Positions 1-13,769 are shown, numbered from the whole stretch's first letter. The stretch is DNA of 63,849 bases, filler included, from Lama guanicoe (GCA_013239625.1; 209 parts of 209 records of this genome joined end to end with filler, not necessarily neighbours in it); one strand, 5' to 3'. Numbers and translations: made by a program. The notes: generated by a model not told the origin, from the letters alone.

Positions 1-206
1 TTCATAGAACCAGATGGCAAGCTTTTATCTCATTAGATTTGGAAGTTCCCTGATTATTTGATAGATTTTGCCCATAAAATCATCTGGCTTGGGGGAGGTA
101 GAGCTTTTGATTACATTAAAAACATTTCCCCTGCATTTATTATTTTGTTATATTATCGGTTTACATCTTTTGGAGTTAATTCTGATGAATTATTTTCCTA
201 CAATTA

Positions 207-306
207 NNNNNNNNNNNNNNNNNNNNNNNNNNNNNNNNNNNNNNNNNNNNTTAATTAATTAANNNNNNNNNNNNNNNNNNNNNNNNNNNNNNNNNNNNNN
301 NNNNNN
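207..306. other. Artificial contig-joining spacer N44-TTAATTAATTAA-N44 (first of 208 copies, period 306 bp or occasionally 305 bp, last copy 63544..63643)
   Basis: An identical 100-bp spacer recurs throughout. The 12-mer at 251..262 is its own reverse complement and has TAA in all three frames on each strand. Confidence 0.99.
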
Positions 307-636
307 ATAGTCATATCATATCCTGGTCACACTCCTGTTTCCTCCTACACTCCCCCTCAAAAATGGGCTTTGGAGCTGTTTTTACACACCGGGGTGCAAT
401 CGAGGTTTGCACATGGTGTCTGTGTTTCCAGGGTTAGGTCCCACAATTCCTGACCGGGTCGGAGGGCTCCCCTGTGGGGGCTGGTCCCACCCTGCCCGGG
501 TCTGCTTCCTGCNNNNNNNNNNNNNNNNNNNNNNNNNNNNNNNNNNNNNNNNNNNNTTAATTAATTAANNNNNNNNNNNNNNNNNNNNNNNNNNNNNNNN
601 NNNNNNNNNNNNACATCATGTTGTTGCTACCATCAT

Positions 637-664
637 TGGTGGTGGTGGTGGTGGTGGTGGTGGT
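637..664. repeat. (TGG)n microsatellite
   Basis: About 9 perfect TGG units read directly. Confidence 0.9.
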
Positions 665-918
665 AACAGCACAGCTATCCATCACTACTGAACAAGTTCT
701 TCAATTAAAAAAAAAAAAGCTGTAACAAAGTCCTGAATATTGGTCTAACCTACTAAAAATAAACCAATTAATATTGTAGCTCTCTCAAGGCGGATTTAGC
801 CTATCCCCACAGCCAAGGNNNNNNNNNNNNNNNNNNNNNNNNNNNNNNNNNNNNNNNNNNNNTTAATTAATTAANNNNNNNNNNNNNNNNNNNNNNNNNN
901 NNNNNNNNNNNNNNNNNN

Positions 919-1124
919 GGACTAAAAGCTCCAGTCAAAAGACATAGAGTGGCAGACTGGATAATAAGGCAAGAATCTTCAATATGCTGTAAACAAAACA
1001 CCCACTTTAGGGAGAAGGACAAATATAGGTTGGGAGTGAAAGGATGGAAAAGGATATTCCATGCAAGTGGAAAACCCAGAAAAGCAGGTGTAGCAGTACT
1101 GATTTCAGACAAAATAGACTTTAA
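919..1124 (+). mobile_element. LINE-1 ORF2 endonuclease N-terminal fragment
   Basis: Translates GLKAPVKRHRVADWIIRQESSICCKQNTHFREKDKYRLGVKGWKRIFHASGKPRKAGVAVLISDKIDF, collinear with L1 ORF2p (GLN..IKRHRLA.WIK.QDP..CC.QETH...KGW.KI..ANG..KKAGVAIL.SDK.DF). Confidence 0.95.
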
Positions 1125-3060
1125 NNNNNNNNNNNNNNNNNNNNNNNNNNNNNNNNNNNNNNNNNNNNTTAATTAATTAANNNNNNNNNNNNNNNNNNNN
1201 NNNNNNNNNNNNNNNNNNNNNNNNCTTTATCACAAACGTCCTTAAAAAACATCTGTTCCGCAAAGCGTTTCAGGTAACAACCACCGCTCACTCCTTGACA
1301 TCCTTGCATCATGTCGAGTCTTATCAGGGCTCATGTCCCGAGTGTCCTAGTGTGCGTTTGTGTTGTAACCCCCCAGAGGGGGATGCTGGCTTTGTTCTGT
1401 CTGTGCACGGGCACACCACGAGGGGGCGCANNNNNNNNNNNNNNNNNNNNNNNNNNNNNNNNNNNNNNNNNNNNTTAATTAATTAANNNNNNNNNNNNNN
1501 NNNNNNNNNNNNNNNNNNNNNNNNNNNNNNCAGACTTTAAGGAAGAAGAACCTGTTTACAAGGGCAGGGTGAAAACAGGAGCAGTTTGCCGGGCCCTGTG
1601 ACTGGCAAAGGACAATTCTGGGGCTGCTGTCAGCTGTCCCGATACGCACCTGCCGGGGGACAGGTGCCAGAGCTGGCTCTTTGGTCAGCCCCTTGAGAGC
1701 AGACGTGCGCCGGGCTGGTGTTCCACCCGCAGTACTNNNNNNNNNNNNNNNNNNNNNNNNNNNNNNNNNNNNNNNNNNNNTTAATTAATTAANNNNNNNN
1801 NNNNNNNNNNNNNNNNNNNNNNNNNNNNNNNNNNNNGAATCGTGTGGGTGTGTTCAAGCAGAAGATACACATGCCAGGAAAACAAATCTGGTCATACACT
1901 TGGATTCTCCTCACTCCGGTCTCTTTCGAGAGGACCACCTGGTCTCCGGAAGCTGTTAGTCACCATCAGCTCCCAGTTTGAGGATATCATAAAAAATTCA
2001 TGATTTTATTTGACAAATAACTCTGCAATTGACCTCACAAGANNNNNNNNNNNNNNNNNNNNNNNNNNNNNNNNNNNNNNNNNNNNTTAATTAATTAANN
2101 NNNNNNNNNNNNNNNNNNNNNNNNNNNNNNNNNNNNNNNNNNTTGGGGGCCCCATTCTGATGTTGGTCCACTGGTGGGTGGCACCAGCTACAGACACAGC
2201 TGGATTCAGGGTCTAAGATCCCCAAGGTTGGTATTGATCTGCTGGTGGATGGGGCTGGGTCCTTGGTGGGGTGACTGAGAGGCCCAAGGCATCCTAGCGC
2301 TGGTGGTGGCCTGCTGGCAGTGTAGACTGGATCCTGACATGGAAGGCTNNNNNNNNNNNNNNNNNNNNNNNNNNNNNNNNNNNNNNNNNNNNTTAATTAA
2401 TTAANNNNNNNNNNNNNNNNNNNNNNNNNNNNNNNNNNNNNNNNNNNNGCAAGAGGGTATTCAGTGATTCAACTTAGCAATCAGGAGTTGGATGGCACTG
2501 AATGCCCAAGGAGTGTCATTCCAGAAATATCTTAAAAAGTCCTACTCTTTGAACCTGTGTCACAAGTAGGCAATGCTATGTATAGAAAATTCAGTCCCAC
2601 ACAGTGATTGACAAAAGAAATACATGAAAATAATCCACTTACTACCGGTATATTNNNNNNNNNNNNNNNNNNNNNNNNNNNNNNNNNNNNNNNNNNNNTT
2701 AATTAATTAANNNNNNNNNNNNNNNNNNNNNNNNNNNNNNNNNNNNNNNNNNNNCTCCGTCTGCTCACTTGTCCAGCTGCTTCACTGCCCCCTCCCTCCA
2801 CCTTTCCCTCCCTTCTTGTTCTCTCACTCCTGTCTCTCTCTCCCCACAACACCTCCTCGCACCTTCCCTGCTTTTCCTCTCTTCCCATCAGGCTCTCCCT
2901 GGTTTCCTCTCGTTTTCCCAGTGTAATTCCCTCTTTCTCTCAAAGAACAGGGGCTAGGATNNNNNNNNNNNNNNNNNNNNNNNNNNNNNNNNNNNNNNNN
3001 NNNNTTAATTAATTAANNNNNNNNNNNNNNNNNNNNNNNNNNNNNNNNNNNNNNNNNNNN

Positions 3061-3266
3061 TCCCCAGAACCTGTGAAAATGTTAACAGGGCAAATGGGAC
3101 TTAGCAGGAGGTGTGATTGAGTTAAGGCTTCTGATACGTGGAGATTATCCTGGATTATTGAGGTGGGGACCAATGTGATCAAAAGGTCCTTATAAGAGGG
3201 TGGCAGGAGGGTTCAAGTCAGAGAAGCAGCTATTATAATGGAAGCACAAATTGGAAAATGTGGGGC
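3061..3266 (+). mobile_element. MaLR LTR fragment (MLT1-type, 5' part)
   Basis: Motifs ccccagaacctgtgaa..., ggagattatcctggatta and gtccttataagaggg resemble the recalled MLT1 consensus. Confidence 0.75.
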
Positions 3267-3497
3267 NNNNNNNNNNNNNNNNNNNNNNNNNNNNNNNNNN
3301 NNNNNNNNNNTTAATTAATTAANNNNNNNNNNNNNNNNNNNNNNNNNNNNNNNNNNNNNNNNNNNNCCCGAAGGCTCAAGGAGAGGGGAATGCTGGAGTG
3401 TCTGTTGTTTGCACTGTTTCAGTCACCCCAGGACAGACTACCCCGGAGGGCTCCAGGGACAATCCTTTCACCAGAGCATCAGGAAGGCATTAGGAGC

Positions 3498-3570
3498 GGG
3501 GAGGGTATGGCTCAGTGGCAGAGTGCGTGGCTGTTAAGCATGAGGTCCTGGTTCAATCCCCATTAAAAAA
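3498..3570 (+). mobile_element. tRNA-Ala-derived short SINE (camelid Vic-1-like), degenerate
   Basis: ggggagggtatggctcagtggcagagtgcg...gaggtcctggttcaatcccc followed by an A-rich end; Pol III A and B boxes present. Confidence 0.85.
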
Positions 3571-4896
3571 TGNNNNNNNNNNNNNNNNNNNNNNNNNNNN
3601 NNNNNNNNNNNNNNNNTTAATTAATTAANNNNNNNNNNNNNNNNNNNNNNNNNNNNNNNNNNNNNNNNNNNNAAGTAGCAATAAAGTACTAGAGGGAAAG
3701 ATTCTCTAATTTTCAGTGAATTCCAGCATTCCTTGATAAAGCCATCTTTAATCAATTCTCTTCCTCAGACAGAATTTGAGGCTTGATATTCACTTACTCT
3801 CCATCAAGCTTGTCACACACATGCCCCAATGTTGCATATACATTTCAAACTTTTTTTTCTTTAGTAGATAGTTTCCTANNNNNNNNNNNNNNNNNNNNNN
3901 NNNNNNNNNNNNNNNNNNNNNNTTAATTAATTAANNNNNNNNNNNNNNNNNNNNNNNNNNNNNNNNNNNNNNNNNNNNCATTTAATTTTCATAGTTATTG
4001 AACAACCTCAATCCTGAACTTTCTCATGTCATAAAAAGCCTATATGAACTGAAAGTCAAAACCAGAAATGATGTCACGACTTCAAGAATGGCAAAGGAAG
4101 AACAAACACTAGGTGAGACTGTGATGTTGGAAACGCATGGTCAAAGTTATTAAAATACATTTATTATAAAACTAAAATTATATTNNNNNNNNNNNNNNNN
4201 NNNNNNNNNNNNNNNNNNNNNNNNNNNNTTAATTAATTAANNNNNNNNNNNNNNNNNNNNNNNNNNNNNNNNNNNNNNNNNNNNGATGTCATAAAAAACT
4301 AGGGTTGGCAGAGATACGGGACAATACTGACTACCAGTCATCCTCCATGTACCAATAGATGTTTTGTTGCTGTAGAGTCTGATAGGTTGATTAAGACCAT
4401 AGCTTGGGAGATAGGCGTGGATTCCAATACCATTCAAGCACCTCTAGTTCTGTACAACTTGGGGCATGCCACTTTTCCTTTCTAAGGTTTNNNNNNNNNN
4501 NNNNNNNNNNNNNNNNNNNNNNNNNNNNNNNNNNTTAATTAATTAANNNNNNNNNNNNNNNNNNNNNNNNNNNNNNNNNNNNNNNNNNNNGGCTCCTGCC
4601 CCAGATGAACTTTGAACCGATGGCAGCTCAGAGGCGCTCTCTGCGGACTGGTCCTTGCTGTTCTAGTAATCATTCCAAGGGACCCAGCCAAGAATCTGCA
4701 CTTGCAGCCTTTCCAGTGATTTTGTGAGTACCTAGCTCCTTACTCTACGTTCCTTCTTGCTTAGAAAGGTTTCTCTTTTCTGAGCTAATGCCTGACNNNN
4801 NNNNNNNNNNNNNNNNNNNNNNNNNNNNNNNNNNNNNNNNTTAATTAATTAANNNNNNNNNNNNNNNNNNNNNNNNNNNNNNNNNNNNNNNNNNNN

Positions 4897-5102
4897 ATAT
4901 CATATGGTATTTGTCTTTCTCTTTCTGACTTCACTTAGTATGATAATATATAGGTCCATCCTTGTTGCTGCAAATGGCATTATTTCATTCCTTTTCATGG
5001 CTGAATAATATTCCATGCATATACATACCATATGTTCTTTATCCATTCATCTATTGATGGACTCTTAGGTGGCTGCCATAGCTTGCTTATTAAAATGGTG
5101 CC
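4897..5102 (-). mobile_element. LINE-1 ORF2 C-terminus / 3' region fragment
   Basis: ggtccatccttgttgctgcaaatggcattatttcattc...atccattcatctattgatgg is the typical antisense L1 ORF2 end. Confidence 0.9.
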
Positions 5103-5887
5103 NNNNNNNNNNNNNNNNNNNNNNNNNNNNNNNNNNNNNNNNNNNNTTAATTAATTAANNNNNNNNNNNNNNNNNNNNNNNNNNNNNNNNNNNNNNNNNN
5201 NNAGCAGTCATTAGTTAAAATTGGAAATGACCAAACAAAAAAATTCAACATAATGACAAAAACTATAAACTATATCTAGAAATAAATGTGTTAAAGAAAG
5301 ACACAGAGCAAAGATACAGATCCTTTATGAAGAAAACTCAGCATTATAAGCAGTTCCTCTCTCTTCCCCCAGATTTTTACCTTCAAAACCTTTATTTGAG
5401 ACAAGGTCNNNNNNNNNNNNNNNNNNNNNNNNNNNNNNNNNNNNNNNNNNNNTTAATTAATTAANNNNNNNNNNNNNNNNNNNNNNNNNNNNNNNNNNNN
5501 NNNNNNNNTCGTAGTATAGCTCATGAGCAGTTTACCATATGTTGATGATAAAAATGTTAGGATTTAGGAAACTTTCAAAAGGCTAAGTTGTGGTGCAGTG
5601 AAAAACCGGTCCTTGAAGATTTTTTATTGGAGGTTGAATAATCACGCATCAGTTACACAATATAGAAGATTCCTCTATTGGGAGGAAAGTTAGATATCTT
5701 AGATTTCATTTTAANNNNNNNNNNNNNNNNNNNNNNNNNNNNNNNNNNNNNNNNNNNNTTAATTAATTAANNNNNNNNNNNNNNNNNNNNNNNNNNNNNN
5801 NNNNNNNNNNNNNNATTCTATCTATCAGGTGAGATGCAGCATCTAATTTGCCAGCACACTTGATTGAGCACTGCAGCTCACACAAAT

Positions 5888-6020
5888 TGTAAATCACATA
5901 CAAAATTTAAAATTTTCTAGGCGTTGCATTAAAAAGGGAAAGGAACAGCCTAAAATCAACTTTAAACATCCATTTTCTTTAGGCCTAAGATATTCAAACT
6001 ATGTTCACCTTGACATGGAA
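5888..6020. mobile_element. hAT-Charlie MITE fragment (MER3/MER33-like)
   Basis: atttaaaattttctag...cattaaaaa...aaaatcaactttaa resembles the recalled MER3/MER33 core. Confidence 0.55.
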
Positions 6021-6120
6021 NNNNNNNNNNNNNNNNNNNNNNNNNNNNNNNNNNNNNNNNNNNNTTAATTAATTAANNNNNNNNNNNNNNNNNNNNNNNN
6101 NNNNNNNNNNNNNNNNNNNN

Positions 6121-6325
6121 AGCTTTTAAGTTTAATTAGGTCCCATTTGTTTATTTTTGCTTTTATTTTGCTTTCATTTCCATTACTCTAGGAGCTGGTT
6201 CAAAAAAAACATTCTGCGATTTATGTCAAAGAGTGTTCTGCCTATGATTTCTGCTAGGACTTTTATAATATCTTTGGGTCTTTAATCCATTTTGAGTTTA
6301 TTTTTGTATATGGTATTAGAGAATG
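6121..6325 (-). mobile_element. LINE-1 ORF2 fragment (205-bp contig)
   Basis: agcttttaagtttaattaggtcccatttgtttatttttgc...tctttaatccattttgagtttatttttgtatatgg is antisense L1 ORF2; it overlaps the region seen in sense orientation at 19278. Confidence 0.92.
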
Positions 6326-9300
6326 NNNNNNNNNNNNNNNNNNNNNNNNNNNNNNNNNNNNNNNNNNNNTTAATTAATTAANNNNNNNNNNNNNNNNNNN
6401 NNNNNNNNNNNNNNNNNNNNNNNNNTTACATGGGATAGAATGTTCTTCCTCATCCACCATTTGACTTTGGTGTCGCCCTTGTATCTTGCTTTGGTCAATG
6501 GGATACTGGCAAACATGAGGGAAACAGAGGCACAGTTGGGCTTCTCAGCTTTTGCCTTTGCTACTGGTAGAAAAACAAGCTATGTGAAATGTCTGCTCCA
6601 TCAGCCTGGGTATTAGAATTTTAACATCTAGNNNNNNNNNNNNNNNNNNNNNNNNNNNNNNNNNNNNNNNNNNNNTTAATTAATTAANNNNNNNNNNNNN
6701 NNNNNNNNNNNNNNNNNNNNNNNNNNNNNNNTACTGATTTCTGGCCTCCGGGGTCTGGGCCTCCAGCTGATGGAGCTTCCCATGGGAAAGTTGTAGCCGA
6801 CACCCTCAGTTCACTGCCTGCTTTCTTTTTAAACGTGTATTCCAGTCCTCTTTCCCTCCCTCCATCTCAGTGATTTGGGTCCACCGTATAGGTACCGGGC
6901 ATGGGGCTGCCAGGGTAGGGCCCCTCCCCAGGGAGCANNNNNNNNNNNNNNNNNNNNNNNNNNNNNNNNNNNNNNNNNNNNTTAATTAATTAANNNNNNN
7001 NNNNNNNNNNNNNNNNNNNNNNNNNNNNNNNNNNNNNGTTCCAGAGGGAAGGCCCTTATTTGAACAAGTGTAACCAACCTGGAAAGTAAGCTTCACCACA
7101 CTGGGCCAAGACCATAACTCAGCAGGTCAAGTTAGCTGTCTCCAGCACAGGAGCTGTGAAAGAAGTCAAACCCCAGATCACAGTGTCGGAAGACGAGACC
7201 TCCAGGTGTGGGCAAGGCCACTAGGGCCAGGTTTTGTTTTGCTNNNNNNNNNNNNNNNNNNNNNNNNNNNNNNNNNNNNNNNNNNNNTTAATTAATTAAN
7301 NNNNNNNNNNNNNNNNNNNNNNNNNNNNNNNNNNNNNNNNNNNAGATATTTTTTGAAAGTGGATTTCAGAAAGAATTTTCTTTTCACTTGATTCTTTCAG
7401 ATGCATAGGACTACTATCAACCCAGACCTATTTTAGTTGAAATCGTCAACTTGAGGTTTTTTTGACCACACAGGTTTTATGACTCACTGGAGCTGCCTTA
7501 AGGTTATGAATTCTCAGTGGAAATTTTTTCTTCTCTACCCAGTACTAAGNNNNNNNNNNNNNNNNNNNNNNNNNNNNNNNNNNNNNNNNNNNNTTAATTA
7601 ATTAANNNNNNNNNNNNNNNNNNNNNNNNNNNNNNNNNNNNNNNNNNNNAGTACCCTGCTTCAGTCCAGCTCTCTGTCCAAATAGCTGCAGGACCTCGAT
7701 AAGTTTCTTTGTCTCTGGGCCCCAGTTTTCTCATCTGCCAAAGGGGAGCAGCAATCCCCACCCGGCCGCCAGCATGAGGCGTGGAGAGATTTAGAACGCG
7801 AGAGCGCTCCACGTCGCGTTCAGGGGAATGGAAATGGGAGGTTGTTCCGGCCAGGNNNNNNNNNNNNNNNNNNNNNNNNNNNNNNNNNNNNNNNNNNNNT
7901 TAATTAATTAANNNNNNNNNNNNNNNNNNNNNNNNNNNNNNNNNNNNNNNNNNNNAGGGGCCGCCCCAACCCCGGGACCGGAACACAGCGGACGTGAAGG
8001 GTGCCAGTTGCCTAAGATTTAAAGGAGATCTGAGGGAGAACTCTCGTTTTCAGTCACGCCGAGCTCCCTTCTGCTGAATGCCAATCTCGTGTGGGAGATG
8101 GGAGCTTGCTGACGTCTCCTTGGCCCGAAGTGCAGGGCGAGGCAGCCCAGTTACCTGTGTCNNNNNNNNNNNNNNNNNNNNNNNNNNNNNNNNNNNNNNN
8201 NNNNNTTAATTAATTAANNNNNNNNNNNNNNNNNNNNNNNNNNNNNNNNNNNNNNNNNNNNGATGGACTTTACCCTAGGAAAGTGGTGTCTTAGGGGAGA
8301 TCCTGAAGAAGAAGCAGCATGATTGCTGCAAGAGGGAGAGTCCAGTTGAGTGAGTAAAACGTGCCACACATGTGGGGGGAAGCGCACGGCGAGTACATGG
8401 TGATGTGGTGATAAGACGGTCTAGTAATGCTTTGACAAGAGAAGGAACAAGAAGATAAGAGAGTGCCNNNNNNNNNNNNNNNNNNNNNNNNNNNNNNNNN
8501 NNNNNNNNNNNTTAATTAATTAANNNNNNNNNNNNNNNNNNNNNNNNNNNNNNNNNNNNNNNNNNNNACCCCCACCCAGAACAGCTGCCCTCCTCCTCTC
8601 TCCCTCCCGCTGGGCTATGAATCCCCTCTGGGAGGCTATCTGGCCATCTTCTTTGTCCTCTCTCAACTAAAGGAGTCTACGTCTCAGAATTCAAGCTTCC
8701 TCTACGATCTCCCCTCTTAAAAACAGAGGGAAGCAAAAGAACAAAACCAAGAAACCCTGACCCTACTCAGGCTNNNNNNNNNNNNNNNNNNNNNNNNNNN
8801 NNNNNNNNNNNNNNNNNTTAATTAATTAANNNNNNNNNNNNNNNNNNNNNNNNNNNNNNNNNNNNNNNNNNNNTCACTTCTAAAATTAGAAATATCAGAT
8901 TTAGTAGTTGCAAGCCAGAATATTTCAAAGGCTTAGGACGATATTGAGATAACTAAAGTAGTAGGTATTTGATCTCCAAGGAGGGTGTATAGAGAGAGGT
9001 GGACGTAGATATATATTATGTTTTTATAACCACTTAAATGATGATTTGCACATAAAGGAGTTTAAATCATAGGACCTTANNNNNNNNNNNNNNNNNNNNN
9101 NNNNNNNNNNNNNNNNNNNNNNNTTAATTAATTAANNNNNNNNNNNNNNNNNNNNNNNNNNNNNNNNNNNNNNNNNNNNGGGGGTCAGTGATCTCCGTGC
9201 CGTTCTCCATGCCGCGTACGTGAGACAGGATTTCCTCACGCATTTGATCGACACGAGCTGCGCAGAATGAATGCCGCCCGGATCTGATGCCTCTGGGTGG

Positions 9301-11321
9301 TGAGGCCTCCCCATGCAGGAGTGGTGTGGGTTGTCCCCCGCGGCAGGGGAGGGGTGGCCCCTGCGTCCAAGCCGACACATGTTTGNNNNNNNNNNNNNNN
9401 NNNNNNNNNNNNNNNNNNNNNNNNNNNNNTTAATTAATTAANNNNNNNNNNNNNNNNNNNNNNNNNNNNNNNNNNNNNNNNNNNNCCCAATCCAATCTGA
9501 AGGCTTGGCCTCCTCAACACCCCAGCACCCAGTCCGGAATGGCTCCTCCCCAGGGAAGTGGGTCCCCTCACTGTAGGGTGGTAGGACGGGGTTCCCAGCC
9601 AGTCAGGCACAGCAGACACACACCTATGTACACCCTATGGGCGCTGCTGCTGCTGCTGAGGGAATCCTCAGGCTGAGCCCCCTCCCTACGTNNNNNNNNN
9701 NNNNNNNNNNNNNNNNNNNNNNNNNNNNNNNNNNNTTAATTAATTAANNNNNNNNNNNNNNNNNNNNNNNNNNNNNNNNNNNNNNNNNNNNACTCAGAGA
9801 GGGACACTTGAGAGCCGAGCCTCACGGCTACTAGCCGGCTCCCAGCAAGGTAAGACAGAGCCCGTCGGTGTGGCCCGTTCCGTCGGCAAAGCCTCCGTGC
9901 GAAAGCCGAGCAGCGCAGCTCAGGCTGCAAGGATCAGATAAAACCCGAAGTCAGATCGTTAGATGGCATCGCTAGGTGACTGCGGTTTGGACATCCTNNN
10001 NNNNNNNNNNNNNNNNNNNNNNNNNNNNNNNNNNNNNNNNNTTAATTAATTAANNNNNNNNNNNNNNNNNNNNNNNNNNNNNNNNNNNNNNNNNNNNTCA
10101 GATTCATATTTTCCAAACATTTGTTTCTCAGTGTTACATTTTGGATTATTTCTTTATACATGTCTTCCTATTCATTAATTTTCCGTTTGGCTGTGTCTAA
10201 TTTTCTGTTGAGGTTTTAATTTTAGTTGTCATGATTTTAATTTCTAAAAGCTCCATTTGGCTCTCTTTAAAATATGTTTGATCATATTTTAAGCCTTGTA
10301 TTTNNNNNNNNNNNNNNNNNNNNNNNNNNNNNNNNNNNNNNNNNNNNTTAATTAATTAANNNNNNNNNNNNNNNNNNNNNNNNNNNNNNNNNNNNNNNNN
10401 NNNTGCCTGTCTTCCTGGTTTTTATTCATCTTATTACAGTTTTCAAAGCATCATTAACCCCATTCTTTCTTAGTACAGCTTTGCAGGATAAGCAATGCAG
10501 GTTTTCACATCCTAAGTTTTATATGTAAATGAAAATTGAAGGTCAGAGACTTGAAGTGGCTGGAATCAGAACTGAATTAAGTAGTAAGACGTAGTCTAGT
10601 AGGATGAAGNNNNNNNNNNNNNNNNNNNNNNNNNNNNNNNNNNNNNNNNNNNNTTAATTAATTAANNNNNNNNNNNNNNNNNNNNNNNNNNNNNNNNNNN
10701 NNNNNNNNNAAAAAAAAGTTCAGTGAAACAAGTTAGCAGCAGATGGATATAGGCAGTGATAATGTTCATGTGTGTAGATCTTTACATACAAATGGAGCAA
10801 AATTACACACACAAAAAGCTAAGGAATAATATATGCTTTCTTCAAAGACTGATTCCTTCTGGAGGGCAGTTACTGGAAGGAGTGGTGAAAATGGAGTCTG
10901 ACCCTTGAGGTGACCNNNNNNNNNNNNNNNNNNNNNNNNNNNNNNNNNNNNNNNNNNNNTTAATTAATTAANNNNNNNNNNNNNNNNNNNNNNNNNNNNN
11001 NNNNNNNNNNNNNNNTTGCTCTTTGACTAAGTCCCAGAGATGCAGGTCACACTGACCATTCTTATGGGTGGTCACACCACAGTTCTCACTGGGGCTTTCC
11101 CATCTGGAACAGCGCCCCGCTCCAAGCCAAGCATCTGCCTCCTTCATTTTTTTCCACTATAATGCTCACTCTTGGGTATATCTTGCTAACTGACACAGTT
11201 TCACCAATGACAGTTTGAAATNNNNNNNNNNNNNNNNNNNNNNNNNNNNNNNNNNNNNNNNNNNNTTAATTAATTAANNNNNNNNNNNNNNNNNNNNNNN
11301 NNNNNNNNNNNNNNNNNNNNN

Positions 11322-11527
11322 CACTATATATAAAAATAGATTTTAAATAATGTTTCTTCTGTCTAGCACAAGGAACTATGTTCAATATTTTGTAATAACC
11401 TTTAATGGAAAAAATATGGGAATAAATATATGTATGTACATGCACAACTGGGACCCTGTGCTGCACACCAGAAATTGACACATTGTAACTGATTATACTT
11501 CAATTAAAAAACAAAACAAAAGAAAAA
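11322..11527 (+). mobile_element. LINE-1 3' UTR end with A-rich tail
   Basis: tagcacaaggaactatgttcaatattttgtaataacc...tgctgcacaccagaaattgacacattgtaactgattatacttcaattaaaaaac matches an artiodactyl-type L1 3' end. Confidence 0.88.
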
Positions 11528-11627
11528 NNNNNNNNNNNNNNNNNNNNNNNNNNNNNNNNNNNNNNNNNNNNTTAATTAATTAANNNNNNNNNNNNNNNNN
11601 NNNNNNNNNNNNNNNNNNNNNNNNNNN

Positions 11628-11705
11628 GAGGAGGGACTAGGGATTGAGCCCAGGACCTCGTGTGTGCTGAGCATGCGCGCTACCACTGAGCTGCATCCTC
11701 CCCCC
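11628..11705 (-). mobile_element. tRNA-Ala-derived short SINE (Vic-1-like)
   Basis: Reverse complement reads gggggaggatgcagctcagtggtagcgcgcatgctcagcacacacgaggtcctgggctcaatccctagtccctcc; same family as 3498 and 62420. Confidence 0.9.
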
Positions 11706-13769
11706 ATGTATAGCGTCTTGAATGCAATCGCGGTCCCTGGAACAACAGCACCCGCATGGCCTGGGAGCTGGTCGGGTGCGGAGTCGACCATGCTGAACCG
11801 GAATCGGCACGCCAGGGTGCTCAGGGCACAGTCNNNNNNNNNNNNNNNNNNNNNNNNNNNNNNNNNNNNNNNNNNNNTTAATTAATTAANNNNNNNNNNN
11901 NNNNNNNNNNNNNNNNNNNNNNNNNNNNNNNNNCCCCGGGGCAGCTGTGTTTCCCCACCTGCCTCTGAGTCCTCAGCTGGCCCAGAGCCCAGAGCACTGA
12001 GTTGGCTCCCTCTCAGACCTGTCTGCTTTGTTCCCACCACACTTAGGGGCCCGCCAGCCACACGCCCTCGGGGCCACACCTGGGCGTGTGGGCACTGACC
12101 TCCTTTTGGCTGCCTGACGCTCTTTCGGGTTGGTCTTGTNNNNNNNNNNNNNNNNNNNNNNNNNNNNNNNNNNNNNNNNNNNNTTAATTAATTAANNNNN
12201 NNNNNNNNNNNNNNNNNNNNNNNNNNNNNNNNNNNNNNNTTAAAGGTGTAGGACTGCGGATGTGGAGCTTGCAGCCGGTCTCCAGAACTGAAGGACCGCT
12301 GTCAGCAGGGAGAGGCACTCTCTGAAATCTTCAGGTGGGGCGCCCGATGACCCCCTGCAAGACGGCGCACAGCCGAGGGGACTGCGAGAAACAGCACTGA
12401 GCAATGAATGCTCTGACCTCCTTTAAGGGATGGTTGCAAAAAAATNNNNNNNNNNNNNNNNNNNNNNNNNNNNNNNNNNNNNNNNNNNNTTAATTAATTA
12501 ANNNNNNNNNNNNNNNNNNNNNNNNNNNNNNNNNNNNNNNNNNNNCCACGTGGACCAGCCTCCAAGCTTCCCCTGGGAAGAGGACCCGGAGCCGCGGGCA
12601 GGTGTAGGCCCCCTTTGGGGTTGTGTCTGGCTTTGTCTTTGCAGGTCCTCGCCAGGTCCAGGTGCGCTGGGTCTGCTCTCAGGGATGTCGTTACAGGCTG
12701 GTGCTGTGCGTGTGAAGCTTTGCTGCCATCAGCCACTTGGGGACTTTATTTNNNNNNNNNNNNNNNNNNNNNNNNNNNNNNNNNNNNNNNNNNNNTTAAT
12801 TAATTAANNNNNNNNNNNNNNNNNNNNNNNNNNNNNNNNNNNNNNNNNNNNCTCTACATTACTTTGTTTAAATCTTACAGACACTCTGATGCTCCATTAA
12901 AATACAAACAAAATTGAAATGGTTTATCCAAAGTCATAAAGCCAGGAAATGGTGGTAGAGCCAATGTCTTTTGTTTAAAACCTTGCGATTTTCAACCTAT
13001 GACTTATGCAAAGAAGGAAACATTTCTCTAAATGGAACTCTAATTCTTGACCATAGGNNNNNNNNNNNNNNNNNNNNNNNNNNNNNNNNNNNNNNNNNNN
13101 NTTAATTAATTAANNNNNNNNNNNNNNNNNNNNNNNNNNNNNNNNNNNNNNNNNNNNACACCAGCCCCTGTCTCTCATTTACAGTACTTGCCTGGCTTCT
13201 TTACACATTTAACCTTGCTATCTCCTGTCTAACTCTTAATCCAGAGGTGAAAAAGTTGTTCTTACATTTAAAAAATGATCTGGAATACTATTCAGTATAA
13301 AAAGGAATGAACTGCTAACCTGCACGACAAAAATGAATGAATTTCAAAAATTAGACTGAGTAGNNNNNNNNNNNNNNNNNNNNNNNNNNNNNNNNNNNNN
13401 NNNNNNNTTAATTAATTAANNNNNNNNNNNNNNNNNNNNNNNNNNNNNNNNNNNNNNNNNNNNGCAAGTGACAAAAAGCTACTCAAAGTGGCTTGAGAAC
13501 AGAAGAGACTTTGTGGACTCTCCAGGGTGTGGCCTCCATTGCCCACCAGCTCTGGTCTACATCTTCCCAAATCCAAAAGGGGTGTACACACACACACGCA
13601 CGCACGCACAATCCTAAGAGTAGGTCTTGTTGAAACACGTGCCTGTGTCTGAACCAATCCCTGTAGTCANNNNNNNNNNNNNNNNNNNNNNNNNNNNNNN
13701 NNNNNNNNNNNNNTTAATTAATTAANNNNNNNNNNNNNNNNNNNNNNNNNNNNNNNNNNNNNNNNNNNN

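Noticed and set aside
307..512. Possible further satellite monomer
   Set aside because: No second copy or internal periodicity was found in the window, so it cannot be supported.
11628..11705. tRNA-Ala gene (also 3498..3570 and 62420..62505)
   Set aside because: Multiple stem-breaking substitutions, a non-tRNA 5' extension and, where visible, A-rich tails indicate SINE copies.
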